Shown in pieces: positions 50,773 through 62,144 of a stretch of 64,000 bases of DNA. Position 1 is the first letter of the stretch, and the number at the start of each line of letters is the position of its first letter. A program made the position numbers and the translations under genes. This DNA comes from an uncultured delta proteobacterium (GTDB lineage: Bacteria > Myxococcota_A > Polyangia > Fen-1088), in the NCBI GenBank assembly GCA_963755125.1, contig CAVWIP010000011.1, forward strand, positions 158,256 through 222,255, in the 5' to 3' direction. Under the pieces are notes generated by a model. The model saw only the letters and a list, made by a program, of their open reading frames with translations. It ran no database searches and had not been told where the DNA came from.

Positions 50773-51585
50773 ATGCCCGCTAACTCTGCCGCGACCCCAG
50801 CGACCCCGGCCCAGCAGGTCCCCGCAGCTCCGCGACCCGCAGCAGCAGCCCCGCGCCCGGAGCCGGCCGCCCAACCGGTCGCGCCCGCGGCCCAGCCCCC
50901 CGTTCCCGCCTATCAGCCATCCGCACCCGTTCTGGTCCCCGCACCCGTCTATCAGCAGCAGGGACAGCCTGCGCCAGACTCTGCATACACACAACCGTCT
51001 CCGAACGCGCCACCACCCGCGTACGTGCCACCCGACCAGCCACAGGCTAAGCCAATTTCCGCCAGCGAAGATAAGGGCGGTACGACGCGCGAGAGCATCG
51101 CCGTGAGCTTGATAGCTGGTCCCATGTTCGGCACGACCCTCGGTGGCGACAATCATCCCGAAGTGAAGACAGGCACAACCGGCATGGTTCGCCTTGCGCT
51201 GGATGGCTACCTGATTCCTCAGTTCTCCATGGGAACCTACCTGCTCTACACGAGTCTGTCGCCCGAGCAGGGCTCGGAGAGCGCGGACCTGTGGGCTTTT
51301 GGCGGGACCTTCAAGGGATGTTTTGGAAGGGCGAATACCTTCCAGTTTCGTCCTGGATTGGCGATGGCCTACCAGTACGAAAAACCGAGCTTCAGCGGGG
51401 TGTCTTCGGCCAAAGGTTTTGGCATTGCGGTTGTCGGCGACGTGGCTTTTCCCATTGGTCAAGGCGGTCTCATGGGCCTCTTCCAACTGAGCTTCGTCTC
51501 TCAGCCGGCCGGCGGCGGCGATGGCTATGGCCTGACTTTCCCGCCCGCGATATACCTGGCCGGTGGGCTGGAGTTTGGAAAATAG
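50773..51585 (+). CDS. Hypothetical Pro-rich protein with outer-membrane beta-barrel-like C-terminus (5' end appears disrupted)
   Basis: Frame stays open upstream through AQCSRDSDCKGDRVCIDGRC; SD-associated ATG at 50663 is out of frame; ends GLEFGK. Confidence 0.6.
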   Translation: MPANSAATPATPAQQVPAAPRPAAAAPRPEPAAQPVAPAAQPPVPAYQPSAPVLVPAPVYQQQGQPAPDSAYTQPSPNAPPPAYVPPDQPQAKPISASEDKGGTTRESIAVSLIAGPMFGTTLGGDNHPEVKTGTTGMVRLALDGYLIPQFSMGTYLLYTSLSPEQGSESADLWAFGGTFKGCFGRANTFQFRPGLAMAYQYEKPSFSGVSSAKGFGIAVVGDVAFPIGQGGLMGLFQLSFVSQPAGGGDGYGLTFPPAIYLAGGLEFGK

Positions 51586-51667
51586 CGGTCTGAGCCGCTA
51601 CGGCTTGGGCCTGCGGAACTTTCTGGCCCTGGCTGCGTCGGCCTTCACCGCATCGTTCTCGCCTCCA

Positions 51668-52230
<563 letters not shown>

Positions 52231-53185
52231 GACTCAGGAGTATTGCACGAGATCTCCATCCCGCCGCCGCTCGCCGCCGCGCTTTATGCAGGGTCGGTCG
52301 GTCTGCACGGCCATGGCCCTGTTCACCGGCGCCATCGCCGGCGGGTGCGTCGGCCTTCATGGCATCGTCGGCATGGGACTCGGGATCGCCGCTGGCATTA
52401 CTCCGATGATCCTGTTTCGGCGCTTGCGGCGCGGGTAGCGGTTGAGCCGGCGACACCGTCGAAGGCCGGCGTTACGTCGAACGCCTCGAATAGTTGGGCA
52501 ACGTCGTGGTGCTGCCCGGGTCGTGGGGGCGAAACGGTGAGCTAACCGAGCGGTACGCGTGGGTCGAGTCGGCCGTTGTTTCCGAGGCCCCTGCAGCGGT
52601 CGGCGCGCGCGATGACTCGAATCTTGCCCCGTAGCACGGGGAATCTATCCAGGTATGTGTAGTTTCCGCTTTGAGAGAGGAACAAACTGCGCGAAGATCA
52701 TCGACGTCCGGTTCCTTCAAAGGCCATGGAAACACCACCCACTAGCATTAGCCTCGCGGTGATCAGTGACCTCCACTGCCACCACAGCAGTATGGCCCCG
52801 GCGGAGTCGATGCTCATGTCGGACTTAGACCGGCAACCCAGCCTCCAGCATCCCGTGCAGGCACTTCTGGAGTGCATTTCACGCGAAGACCTGCGAGCGA
52901 AGGCCTTGCTTGTGGCCGGAGACCTTTGCAACAGAGCCGATCCGCAGGGCTTCATCTCGGGCTGGAATTTCGTGCAAGAGATCGCAGCAGCTCTAGGGGC
53001 GAGACTGGTCGCCCCGACCCTGGGTAATCACGACATCCTAAGCAGAAGTTCGGGAGATGAGGTATTCCGCCTTGCCAAGCGTTGCCACCCGCCTTTCCCA
53101 AGTGCGCTGTCCCGACCACAGGATGGCTTCTGGTCCAAGGGGTTCTGTTTGCTTGGCAACAATTCTTTGCGTGTTCTCATACTAA

Positions 53186-54071
53186 GAGCGAGCCTTCATG
53201 ACTTGTGGAAAATTTGCGGGAGCCGCGAAGGCATGATGTCTACTGGTCTATGCAAACCAATTACTCCGATGTACCCGACGAACTGTGGGACCGGGTGAAA
53301 CCGTGGATTCCACCGTGGAGGCGGAGTCCGCGCGGCGGACCTCATCGCCTGGACGACAGAAGAGTCTTTGCGGGAGTCGTCTATCGTCTTCGCACCGGTT
53401 GCCAGTGGGATGCTATCCCGCGCGAGTTCGGCAGCGGCAGCACGTGCTACCGACGGTTCGTCGAGTGGACCAACGCCGAGGTCTTCGAGAAGATTCACAC
53501 CGAGGCGCTGTGCTACTACCACGACAAGTGCGGCCTCGACCTGGAGTGGGCATCGCTGGACAGCGCCTCGGTGAAGGCGCCAAAAGGGGGGACCTCACGG
53601 GTCCCAATCCCACTGATCGCGGAAAACTCGGCACCAAGCGCCATGTTCTGACCGACGGGCGCGGGATTCCCCTCGCCGTCACGCTGACCGGTGCCAACGT
53701 ACACGACAAGTGGATGGTGGGCTCCACACTCGATGCGGTGCCTATCTACGGATCGCGCGGACCACGACGTCCCGAGCACATCTGCCTGGACAAGGGCTAC
53801 GACTACGACGACCCCGAGGAAGAGGCACGTGAGCGCGGTGTGAAGCCACACATTCGCCGCCGCGGTGAGCCGCCTCTGGTTGGTTGTGTTCGCGGCAAAC
53901 CGCGACGCTGGGTCGTCGAGCGCACAAACAGCTGGCACAACAACTTTCGCGGTTTGCGAATACGCTGGGAGCGAAAGGCAGAGAATTACGGTGCCCTTGT
54001 GTATCTGGCATGCGCAATTATCACTGTTCAGGCAGCTACTCGACAAATCCACAGGTCATGACGGCTCGCTC
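53186..54071 (+). mobile_element. IS5-family insertion sequence, copy 2 (886 bp)
   Basis: IRs GAGCGAGCCTTCATGAC / GTCATGACGGCTCGCTC; TAA duplication at 53183-53185 and 54072-54074. Confidence 0.93.
53250..54061 (+). CDS. IS5-family transposase in two frames joined by a -1 frameshift
   Basis: Same motifs as copy 1; AAAAGGGGGG at 53582-53591. Confidence 0.9.
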
Positions 54072-54791
54072 TAAACTCATCTGCCAATCACAGAAACGAA
54101 GAAACCGCAAAGCGGGGCTTCGTCGATCCGACGCAACTTGCCGCGATCCGACTCGCTCTCAAGAGTACTCAGCCTAGCTCCTTTCGAGTTGCCCTTTGCC
54201 ACCACCATCCTATACAGCATGAGGGTCTTGGCAGCGACGAGGTGATGGAGAACGGTAGTCTGTTCACTGAGCTCCTAGAAGAGGAAGGCTTTCATCTCGT
54301 TGTTCACGGTCATAAACACTATCCGCGCCTGGTCTACGCACCCGGTGCTGGGAGACTCCCCGTGCTTGGCGCAGGTAGTTTCTCAGCGGCCCTACCCCTA
54401 GGGCTGGCCAGCAGAACACGGAACCTTTTCCACATTGTGACCCTCATGAACTCGAGTCACCCCGCCGAGATGCATGGATTCGTCCGGACATGGCAATTCC
54501 AGCACGCCCTCGGGTGGACGCCATCCACCTGGCAATCGGCAGGATTCCCACATCGAGCTGGATTCGGATCTGCACTCAACCCATTGCAGGTCGCACAGCT
54601 AGTCGAACGTGCGCTCACAGGCGCAGCGAAGGAGTTCATCCCATGGGCAGAGGTGCTGAAGTCCAATGACGCTCTTCGGTTCGTTCCCCCTAAAGTATGG
54701 CAGGCAGCCCAAAAGGAACTCTCAAGCCATGGCCTCCGGGCTACGCCGGACTTACCTGACGAGCCCGATTTTGTTGGAAGGCTGACCACCA

Positions 54792-56636
54792 ATGCATCCC
54801 ACCCAGTACGATAGCTTCAACGCTAGAAACCACACGCCGCAGCAGGTAGCCGAAACCTTCGTCCCGAACGAGGACTACCGCACCCTGTGGCGGAACGAAC
54901 ACACTGTGGTGCTCGGCCCTCGCGGCAGCGGCAAGACAACGCTATTCAAGATGTTGACCGTTCAAGCATTGTACGCTTGGGACGATCCCTATGCCACCGC
55001 GCTTCGCCAACAGCGACCATTCACCGCCGTGTATCTACCAGCTGATATGCACTGGCATCACCAGCTCCGCCATGCAGAAAGAACTCCTGGCCTTTCACAG
55101 GGTGTTGGCGAAGCGCTGTCGCGTGCCGCAGTTACAAACGCTATCCTTCTTGCCCTTGCCAGGACATTTCAGGAACGCCTCACCTATGAAGCGCCTACGG
55201 TCAACGCAAACATAGTGTCCGGACTGTGCACTACTCTCGTTCGCCTTTGGTCCCTGCCCAACGTAATCCCCTGCCTGGATGGAATAGTGCTGGCGCTAAG
55301 AGCACGCACAGCGGAAATACGCCAGTTTGCTAACCGCATATTCCTCCATGGATGTACCGACGCCGAGCGCCGGTCTATTCCCGACTACTATAACCTCGAC
55401 TACTTATCGTCGCTTTTCGTCGCGTGCGCTGAATTCGATCAGGCCTTTCGACTTCCACAATCGCCGAAGTGGGCGTTGTGCCTTGACGAGCTCGAACTGG
55501 CCCCATCCTGGCTCCAGGACCTCGCGCTTAGTCAAATGCGAAGCACTGAGGAGAATGCGCTCATAAAGATTAGTACAAGTCCTCTACCGCTCACGCTGGG
55601 CACAACTGGGGCGGCACCTCGTCACGATTTTCGCTTGCTAACCCTGTGGAACCACTCATCAAGAGGCGATGACCGATTTTCCGAGGAACTTGCGAGTGCC
55701 GTCATCACTCGGCGGTTGGGTTCCCCGATAGCTCCTTCAGCCCTGTTTGGATCTTCCCGCATCACGGACCCAGATGGACAGAGCACTAGCATGGTGAAGT
55801 ACCAGCAGGGGAGCGCGGAGTGGGTGCTTTTCAGGGACCTTGCGACGTGGGATAAGTCCTTTCGCAATCTCCTGGTGGAGAAGAACATCGATCCAACGAA
55901 TCCTGTCTGTGCTGACGTTGCGCTGCGCGACTCAGTGCTCAGAAAGGCTCGCCCTATCGCATTGCTGCGGGAGGCGTTTCTGAAGGGGGATAGCCCTATT
56001 GGGGCCGTCGGTAGATCTAGGAAGCTCGCGACGGTCTATTACGGAAGAGAGGCAATTTGGCGAATTGCCGACGGAAACCCACGCAGACTGATTGGCATTT
56101 TGGATGACTTGCTTGCACGGGCCAAGCAAGACACGGACGGAAAGTGGCTCGCAATTCCAGAGAACGAGCAGGCGGATACGCTAAGAAAGGCCTCCGCCCA
56201 GTTTGTCGCCTATGTGAAGACGCTCCCGGAAGGTAGTATGGCAGTAGCTAGTCGACATCTCGATCTATTTACCATACTGCAGACCGTGGCTGCTTACTTC
56301 AGACGGCGGCTCCTGGGCACCGAGTTTCCGCTAGATCCAATCGGCAGCTTCAAGGTGGATTCGAGCGCAGATGATCAGCTTCTCGAGGTGCTTCGCGTGG
56401 GCGTCTATCACGGTGCGCTTGTCCACGTAGATCCGCTGCCTGACAGCTTGGAAACCAATATTCGGGGCAAGCGCTTCAGGCTGTCGTTTATGCTGTCGCC
56501 AGTATATAGACTTCCTTTGACAGTCTACGATCCCATATCATTGGATTCCATTCTGAAGGCGAGCGAGCGGATACGAGTTCGAAGAGCACGGTTGTTGCGC
56601 GAGAAACAAATGTCGCTGCCCGTGAGCAAGACATGA
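54792..56636 (+). CDS. STAND/ORC-CDC6-like P-loop ATPase (gene B)
   Basis: Walker A GPRGSGKT; Walker B ALCLDELE; YYG...ADGNPR; overlaps gene A by 23 nt. Confidence 0.8.
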   Translation: MHPTQYDSFNARNHTPQQVAETFVPNEDYRTLWRNEHTVVLGPRGSGKTTLFKMLTVQALYAWDDPYATALRQQRPFTAVYLPADMHWHHQLRHAERTPGLSQGVGEALSRAAVTNAILLALARTFQERLTYEAPTVNANIVSGLCTTLVRLWSLPNVIPCLDGIVLALRARTAEIRQFANRIFLHGCTDAERRSIPDYYNLDYLSSLFVACAEFDQAFRLPQSPKWALCLDELELAPSWLQDLALSQMRSTEENALIKISTSPLPLTLGTTGAAPRHDFRLLTLWNHSSRGDDRFSEELASAVITRRLGSPIAPSALFGSSRITDPDGQSTSMVKYQQGSAEWVLFRDLATWDKSFRNLLVEKNIDPTNPVCADVALRDSVLRKARPIALLREAFLKGDSPIGAVGRSRKLATVYYGREAIWRIADGNPRRLIGILDDLLARAKQDTDGKWLAIPENEQADTLRKASAQFVAYVKTLPEGSMAVASRHLDLFTILQTVAAYFRRRLLGTEFPLDPIGSFKVDSSADDQLLEVLRVGVYHGALVHVDPLPDSLETNIRGKRFRLSFMLSPVYRLPLTVYDPISLDSILKASERIRVRRARLLREKQMSLPVSKT

Positions 56637-57568
56637 AGCTGGTAGCCACGAGACAGATCGAACAAGGGGCTCTCAACCAACGAAAGGTCGATCTCTTCAT
56701 CGGAGCATCCGGTTTTGAAGAGAGGGCAACACATTTGCTTGGTCGAGTAGGGCCCAACTTCGCAGCACAAAAGGTTGCCTTTGCGTTCGATGACCGAAAG
56801 ACCGAACAGCGTGAGAGGAATGACAAGATATTCGCAGACTTCGGATGCGCGCTACTGGAGACGAAAGGCGATGATGCCGGGCAAATCGTCGACTATTTGC
56901 GTGCCGTTGTCGCCGCCCACAGAGGTGACGTTCTTAGCATCGCTGTGGACTACTCGTGCATGACGCGAGCATGGTGCGGCGCTGTAGTACATGGACTTAG
57001 GGCAATTACCGAAATGCCTCGGATTGGATGCCTCTTTTGCTATAGCCCGGCGTCTTTTGAGGAGCCCGTTCTGGCGAGACCCAATGCCTCTGTGGGCCCT
57101 CTCGCTGGTTTCTGTGGCCTAGACACGCCCGACAGACCAACCGCACTTGTTATCGGGCTCGGCTACGAAAGAGAACGCGCACTTGGCCTTCGAGAGTTCG
57201 TTGACCCGGCCGCAACATTTGCTTTTCTGACCGATCCGGCAATTGATGGACGATATCGGGATGCAGTCCTTAGGAACAACGCAACCCTACTTTCATCACT
57301 ACCGAAGGCTCATGTCTTTAGATATCCCATGCGTGACCTTCAACGGACTGCGGATCTCCTGGTCTCTCTCTGCGATGGCTTGCGCGAGAAGTACCGAGTC
57401 ATCCTGGCCCCACTGGGTCCAAAGCCGTTCTCGCTCCTGTGCATGCTCCTAGCTACTCGAGTGGATCTTGACGTCTGGCGAGTAACACAGGGAACAAAGG
57501 CCCAGCCCCAAAATCGGGCAGCGTCAGGTGATATTCTGGTATTGAACGCCGAATTTGAAGCCTGCTAG
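56633..57568 (+). CDS. Hypothetical protein, possibly tandem Rossmann/CARF-like (gene C)
   Basis: ATGA overlap with gene B; FIGASGFEER, IAVDYSCMTR, LVIGLGYE, ILAPLGPKPF. ORF solid; fold call is inference. Confidence 0.7.
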   Translation: MKLVATRQIEQGALNQRKVDLFIGASGFEERATHLLGRVGPNFAAQKVAFAFDDRKTEQRERNDKIFADFGCALLETKGDDAGQIVDYLRAVVAAHRGDVLSIAVDYSCMTRAWCGAVVHGLRAITEMPRIGCLFCYSPASFEEPVLARPNASVGPLAGFCGLDTPDRPTALVIGLGYERERALGLREFVDPAATFAFLTDPAIDGRYRDAVLRNNATLLSSLPKAHVFRYPMRDLQRTADLLVSLCDGLREKYRVILAPLGPKPFSLLCMLLATRVDLDVWRVTQGTKAQPQNRAASGDILVLNAEFEAC

Positions 57569-57658
57569 ATGGCTCGTTAGATATCCCCGTAAGCCAAACC
57601 GTTGCTGAGCCGAGGGATTTGTGTTCAGCAGCCCTTCCTGATTCTGAATCGGCCACCT

Positions 57659-57925
57659 TCACAGGCGACTTGTCAATGTCCTTCCGGTCACGGCAAGCTC
57701 ATTGACTCCGAAGCTGTTAAGGAAGGTTTGCCACCAAGCCTCCGGTGTGGCGGGTAACGCAAGCTTCCCTTTCCGCGACTTGATTGCGATCTCCCAGGCC
57801 GAGATGGCGGAACCATGCAGTGCCACGGTCGGGTCGGCGAGAATGCCACGAGCGCTTGCGCTCAACGCATCCTGCTGGCCAGCGAGCCAAAGCACGACGC
57901 AGGTGTCGAGAACGACCGGCGTCAC
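57659..57925 (-). pseudogene. vapC: Truncated PIN-domain toxin
   Basis: VLDTCVVLW, SAISAWEIAIK..KGKL; stops at 88 aa without the C-terminal DPFDR-type acidic motif. Confidence 0.75.
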
Positions 57926-58173
57926 GGCCGCAGATCCGAAGGCCAATCTTCTTCCGACACCGGCATTGTCGGATCCTCATGGAATACGATCGGCCCCAAC
58001 GCCGGGTTCGGACGAAAACGCGCGGCGAAGGTTGTGTCGGCAGGCCGGGGCGCGCCCACGGATGCGCTGGACAGCACGATCACCTCGGCGTCGCCAGTGG
58101 GCACTTCCGCGGGAACGTCGATCGTGACCCTGTGATCTTCGGGAATGGTGACGTGCACTCGGTGGGCCTGCAT
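57922..58173 (-). CDS. Putative antitoxin
   Basis: 83 aa ORF with GTGA overlap to the PIN gene; acidic tail DPTMPVSEEDW. Confidence 0.7.
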   Translation of the reverse strand: MQAHRVHVTIPEDHRVTIDVPAEVPTGDAEVIVLSSASVGAPRPADTTFAARFRPNPALGPIVFHEDPTMPVSEEDWPSDLRP

Positions 58174-58392
58174 GTTCGTCTCCCAGACATTCTGCCAGGG
58201 CTGCTACCTGTGCGCCAGTACGATGGTTTGTGGTGACCCCTCCTCGCGGTTTCGGCAAAAGGAGGTACTTTTCTCGCTACTTGGTTGTTGTGTCGGTGGC
58301 CGGTGTGGGTGGGGTCGGTGGTGCGGGCACGGCGACTTCAGAAAGAGCCCCCTTTCCACGTCCGGCGTTTGCCCCCAGAGGAGCGACGAAGA

Positions 58393-58483
58393 GTGGTCGT
58401 GGTCGTAGTCGTGGTCGTCCACGTAGCCGTGGCCCTGGCCGAGCAAGATCACTCCGGCCACGGCCACGACCACGGCCACGACC
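58393..58483. repeat. Inverted pair of GTGGTC/GTAGTC hexamer arrays
   Basis: GTGGTCGTGGTCGTAGTCGTGGTCGT at 58393 and GGCCACGGCCACGACCACGGCCACGACC at 58456-58483. Confidence 0.75.
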
Positions 58484-58634
58484 TTCGGGCTGAATTACTT
58501 GGGTTTGGTTTCGGGTGGGGTCGGTGTGCGGTGGCAAAACGCAGCACCCTTTGGCGAGCTGGGGAATCAAACTAGCGGTGGAGTTATCCAAACATGTTTG
58601 CGGCGCAGCGGGTGCGTTGCGGAGGAGGTAGAGC

Positions 58635-58898
58635 ATGCCCACCGTCATCGGCTATCATCAAGTGAAGGACACCAAGCATTGGCTCGCCTCGCCCATGCGC
58701 GAGAAGTTTTTCGGCCCCCTCGGCGTCACTGGCATTCGTGAATTTGTCGACCCGCAGAATCCCACGCGCGTCGCGGTGCTGATGGAGGTTCCTGATATGA
58801 ATGCTCTCAAGACCGCGATGAGCACCCCGGGTGCTGCCGAGGCGATGGCGCACGATGGAGTGCTGGCCGAGACCCTGGTGCTGCTCGTCGAGGCGTAG
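58635..58898 (+). CDS. Small hypothetical protein (dimeric alpha-beta barrel-like)
   Basis: GGAGGAGG SD; 87 aa; H.VKD..W, DP.NP..V, AMAHDGV. Confidence 0.75.
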   Translation: MPTVIGYHQVKDTKHWLASPMREKFFGPLGVTGIREFVDPQNPTRVAVLMEVPDMNALKTAMSTPGAAEAMAHDGVLAETLVLLVEA

Positions 58899-59098
58899 CT
58901 GGGGCATCATCTCCCAGGTTGGAGATTTCGCCCTTGTTCCGGTCTTGTTGGGCGCGGTCGCGCGGGAACATCTGCCTGATTGCTGTCGTAGGCAGAGACG
59001 AAACGCTCGCGCGCTCCGGATTCGGTGGCACGGGCGCCACGGCTGCCGCCACCTGCGTGGGTCCAATGGGGCGCAACTCGGCGTCGAGCCCATTGTTT

Positions 59099-60346
59099 CT
59101 AGGAGGTCGTTCCCGGCGGCCCGTCGAGCAGGAACTGCTGCCAGGTAGTCGCCGGCACGTCCGCGCGCTCGGCGGTCGCGCGCCCGCTGGCGCTGCAGAT
59201 GATCAGCGGCTGGAAACCCGGGTGACGGCGCGTGAACTCCAGCAACCCGGTGAGCTCGCCCATCTGGAATCTGCCGGTCTTCACCTCGATGGCCCACTTG
59301 CCCCAGCTCCCCTCCAGGATGCCATCGACTTCCAACGGCTCCTCCCGCCAGTACGAGACGCTCTGGCCGGAATTCCATGCGTGCGCCAGGCATGCGTTCT
59401 CGACCCAGGCGCCAAAGCGCGCCGGATCGGACGTGCCGTCGACGATACCCTGCGGGGTCATGACCGCGACCAGGGCATTGTTCAGCGCCACCAGCTTCGG
59501 GGGTGCGGCTCTACGGCGGGCCGCGCGCGTCGAGTACTTCGGCAGCGCTGCAACCAGGAAGGCCTCTTCAAGCAGGGCCAGGTAGCTGGCGACCGTCTCG
59601 AGGGCGCCGGCATCCTGCAATTGGCCCTGAATCTTCTGCAAAGATACGATCTGCGCCGGCGACGAGGCCGCCACGCCGAAGACCTGACGAAGCAAGGCCG
59701 GCCGGCGCACGGCTGCCAAGGCGAGGATGTCGCGGCCGATGGCGGGTTCGAGGATGGCGTCGCGCACGTAGGCCGACCAGCGCGCCACGTCCTTGTGCAA
59801 GGGAAAGGCGCCCGGATAGGAACCCATGCGCACGACCAAGTCGGCAGCCTTGTCGGGCTGGACATGGAAGGCCTGCGAAACTGAACGCGCCGACCAGTGG
59901 GTCAGCGTGAGTCGCTCGAACCGGCCGGCCAGGCTCTCGCGCGAGCCTGCGGCCAGGTGGAGCGCGGAAGAGCCGGTGGCGACGATGTGGATCGGCGTTT
60001 TCTTGCGCCGGAAACTGTCCCAGGCGCCCTTGAGGTGCCCGGCCCAGTCGTGCAACAGGTGGGCCTCGTCCAGCAGCAGGACCGCACGCCCCTGGGCAAC
60101 GGCGGTGTCAGCAGCCCGCGCGAGCAGGCGTTCCCAGAAGCCCGGCAAGGCAGCCTCGGGTGCGTCGGCCGCCGCATACACCGCCTGCTTGCCTGCCTGT
60201 TCCGCGATCTCGAGCAGCAGCGTGGTCTTGCCGACCTGCCGGGGACCAGCGAGCAACTGGATGCGCCCAGGGGCAGGCTCGGCCAGCCGCCTGACCAATG
60301 CGTCCCGACAGGCGTGGTAGCTGAGCCGGAAGTCTTCCGTGGACAT
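59099..60346 (-). CDS. AAA_14 ATPase with DUF4143 domain
   Basis: GPRQVGKTT, LDEAH, ATGSS, ESLAGRFE, GSYPG, EVDG, IEVK. Confidence 0.9.
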   Translation of the reverse strand: MSTEDFRLSYHACRDALVRRLAEPAPGRIQLLAGPRQVGKTTLLLEIAEQAGKQAVYAAADAPEAALPGFWERLLARAADTAVAQGRAVLLLDEAHLLHDWAGHLKGAWDSFRRKKTPIHIVATGSSALHLAAGSRESLAGRFERLTLTHWSARSVSQAFHVQPDKAADLVVRMGSYPGAFPLHKDVARWSAYVRDAILEPAIGRDILALAAVRRPALLRQVFGVAASSPAQIVSLQKIQGQLQDAGALETVASYLALLEEAFLVAALPKYSTRAARRRAAPPKLVALNNALVAVMTPQGIVDGTSDPARFGAWVENACLAHAWNSGQSVSYWREEPLEVDGILEGSWGKWAIEVKTGRFQMGELTGLLEFTRRHPGFQPLIICSASGRATAERADVPATTWQQFLLDGPPGTTS

Positions 60347-60506
60347 AGTCTAATAATTATTCGAGTACGTTCGGAAAGCAAGGAGGTCTATGATCGACGT
60401 GCGTCGAGGAGGCGCGCGTCCATGACGACCTCGTTCTTCAGGCTGGCTGCAATTCTTCTGTCGGTCGCGCTTTCCGCTTGCGTCGGAAACGAAGCGCTCT
60501 CCACCC

Positions 60507-60590
60507 CATCCCGCCGCGGCCGAGAAGTGCGCTCCGCGAACCCACGATAGCCGCAAGAGGTCGTAGACGTGGCCGTGGTCGTGGTCGCAA
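60507..60590 (+). repeat. Direct repeat copy 2
   Basis: CATCCC...GAAGTGCGCTCCGCGAACCCACGATAGCCGCAAGAGGTCGTAGACGTGGCCGTGGTCGTGGTC; abuts the eno stop codon. Confidence 0.85.
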
Positions 60591-60594
60591 ACGG

Positions 60595-62064
<1,470 letters not shown>

Positions 62065-62144
62065 TTAGGAGGCGTCAAAGCCGGATTTCCAAGTCAGCCC
62101 CAGGAGCAACCGCTCCACACCCTGTGGTGCAACGAGGCTGACCG

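Larger units (their letters stand above)
52726..54814 (+). pseudogene. Calcineurin-like metallophosphoesterase interrupted by IS copy 2 (gene A of putative defence operon)
   Basis: SDLH, AGD, GNHD before the IS; CHHHP, HGHKH after. Removing 53186-54074 gives an in-frame join (LIL-NSSANH), 1200 nt / 399 aa, no internal stop. Confidence 0.9.

Noticed and set aside
52470..52500. Integron attI/attC site (GTTGGGC at 52493; GTTAGAT near 57576)
   Set aside because: Only 7-bp core matches; no paired RYYYAAC with an attC hairpin and no integrase.
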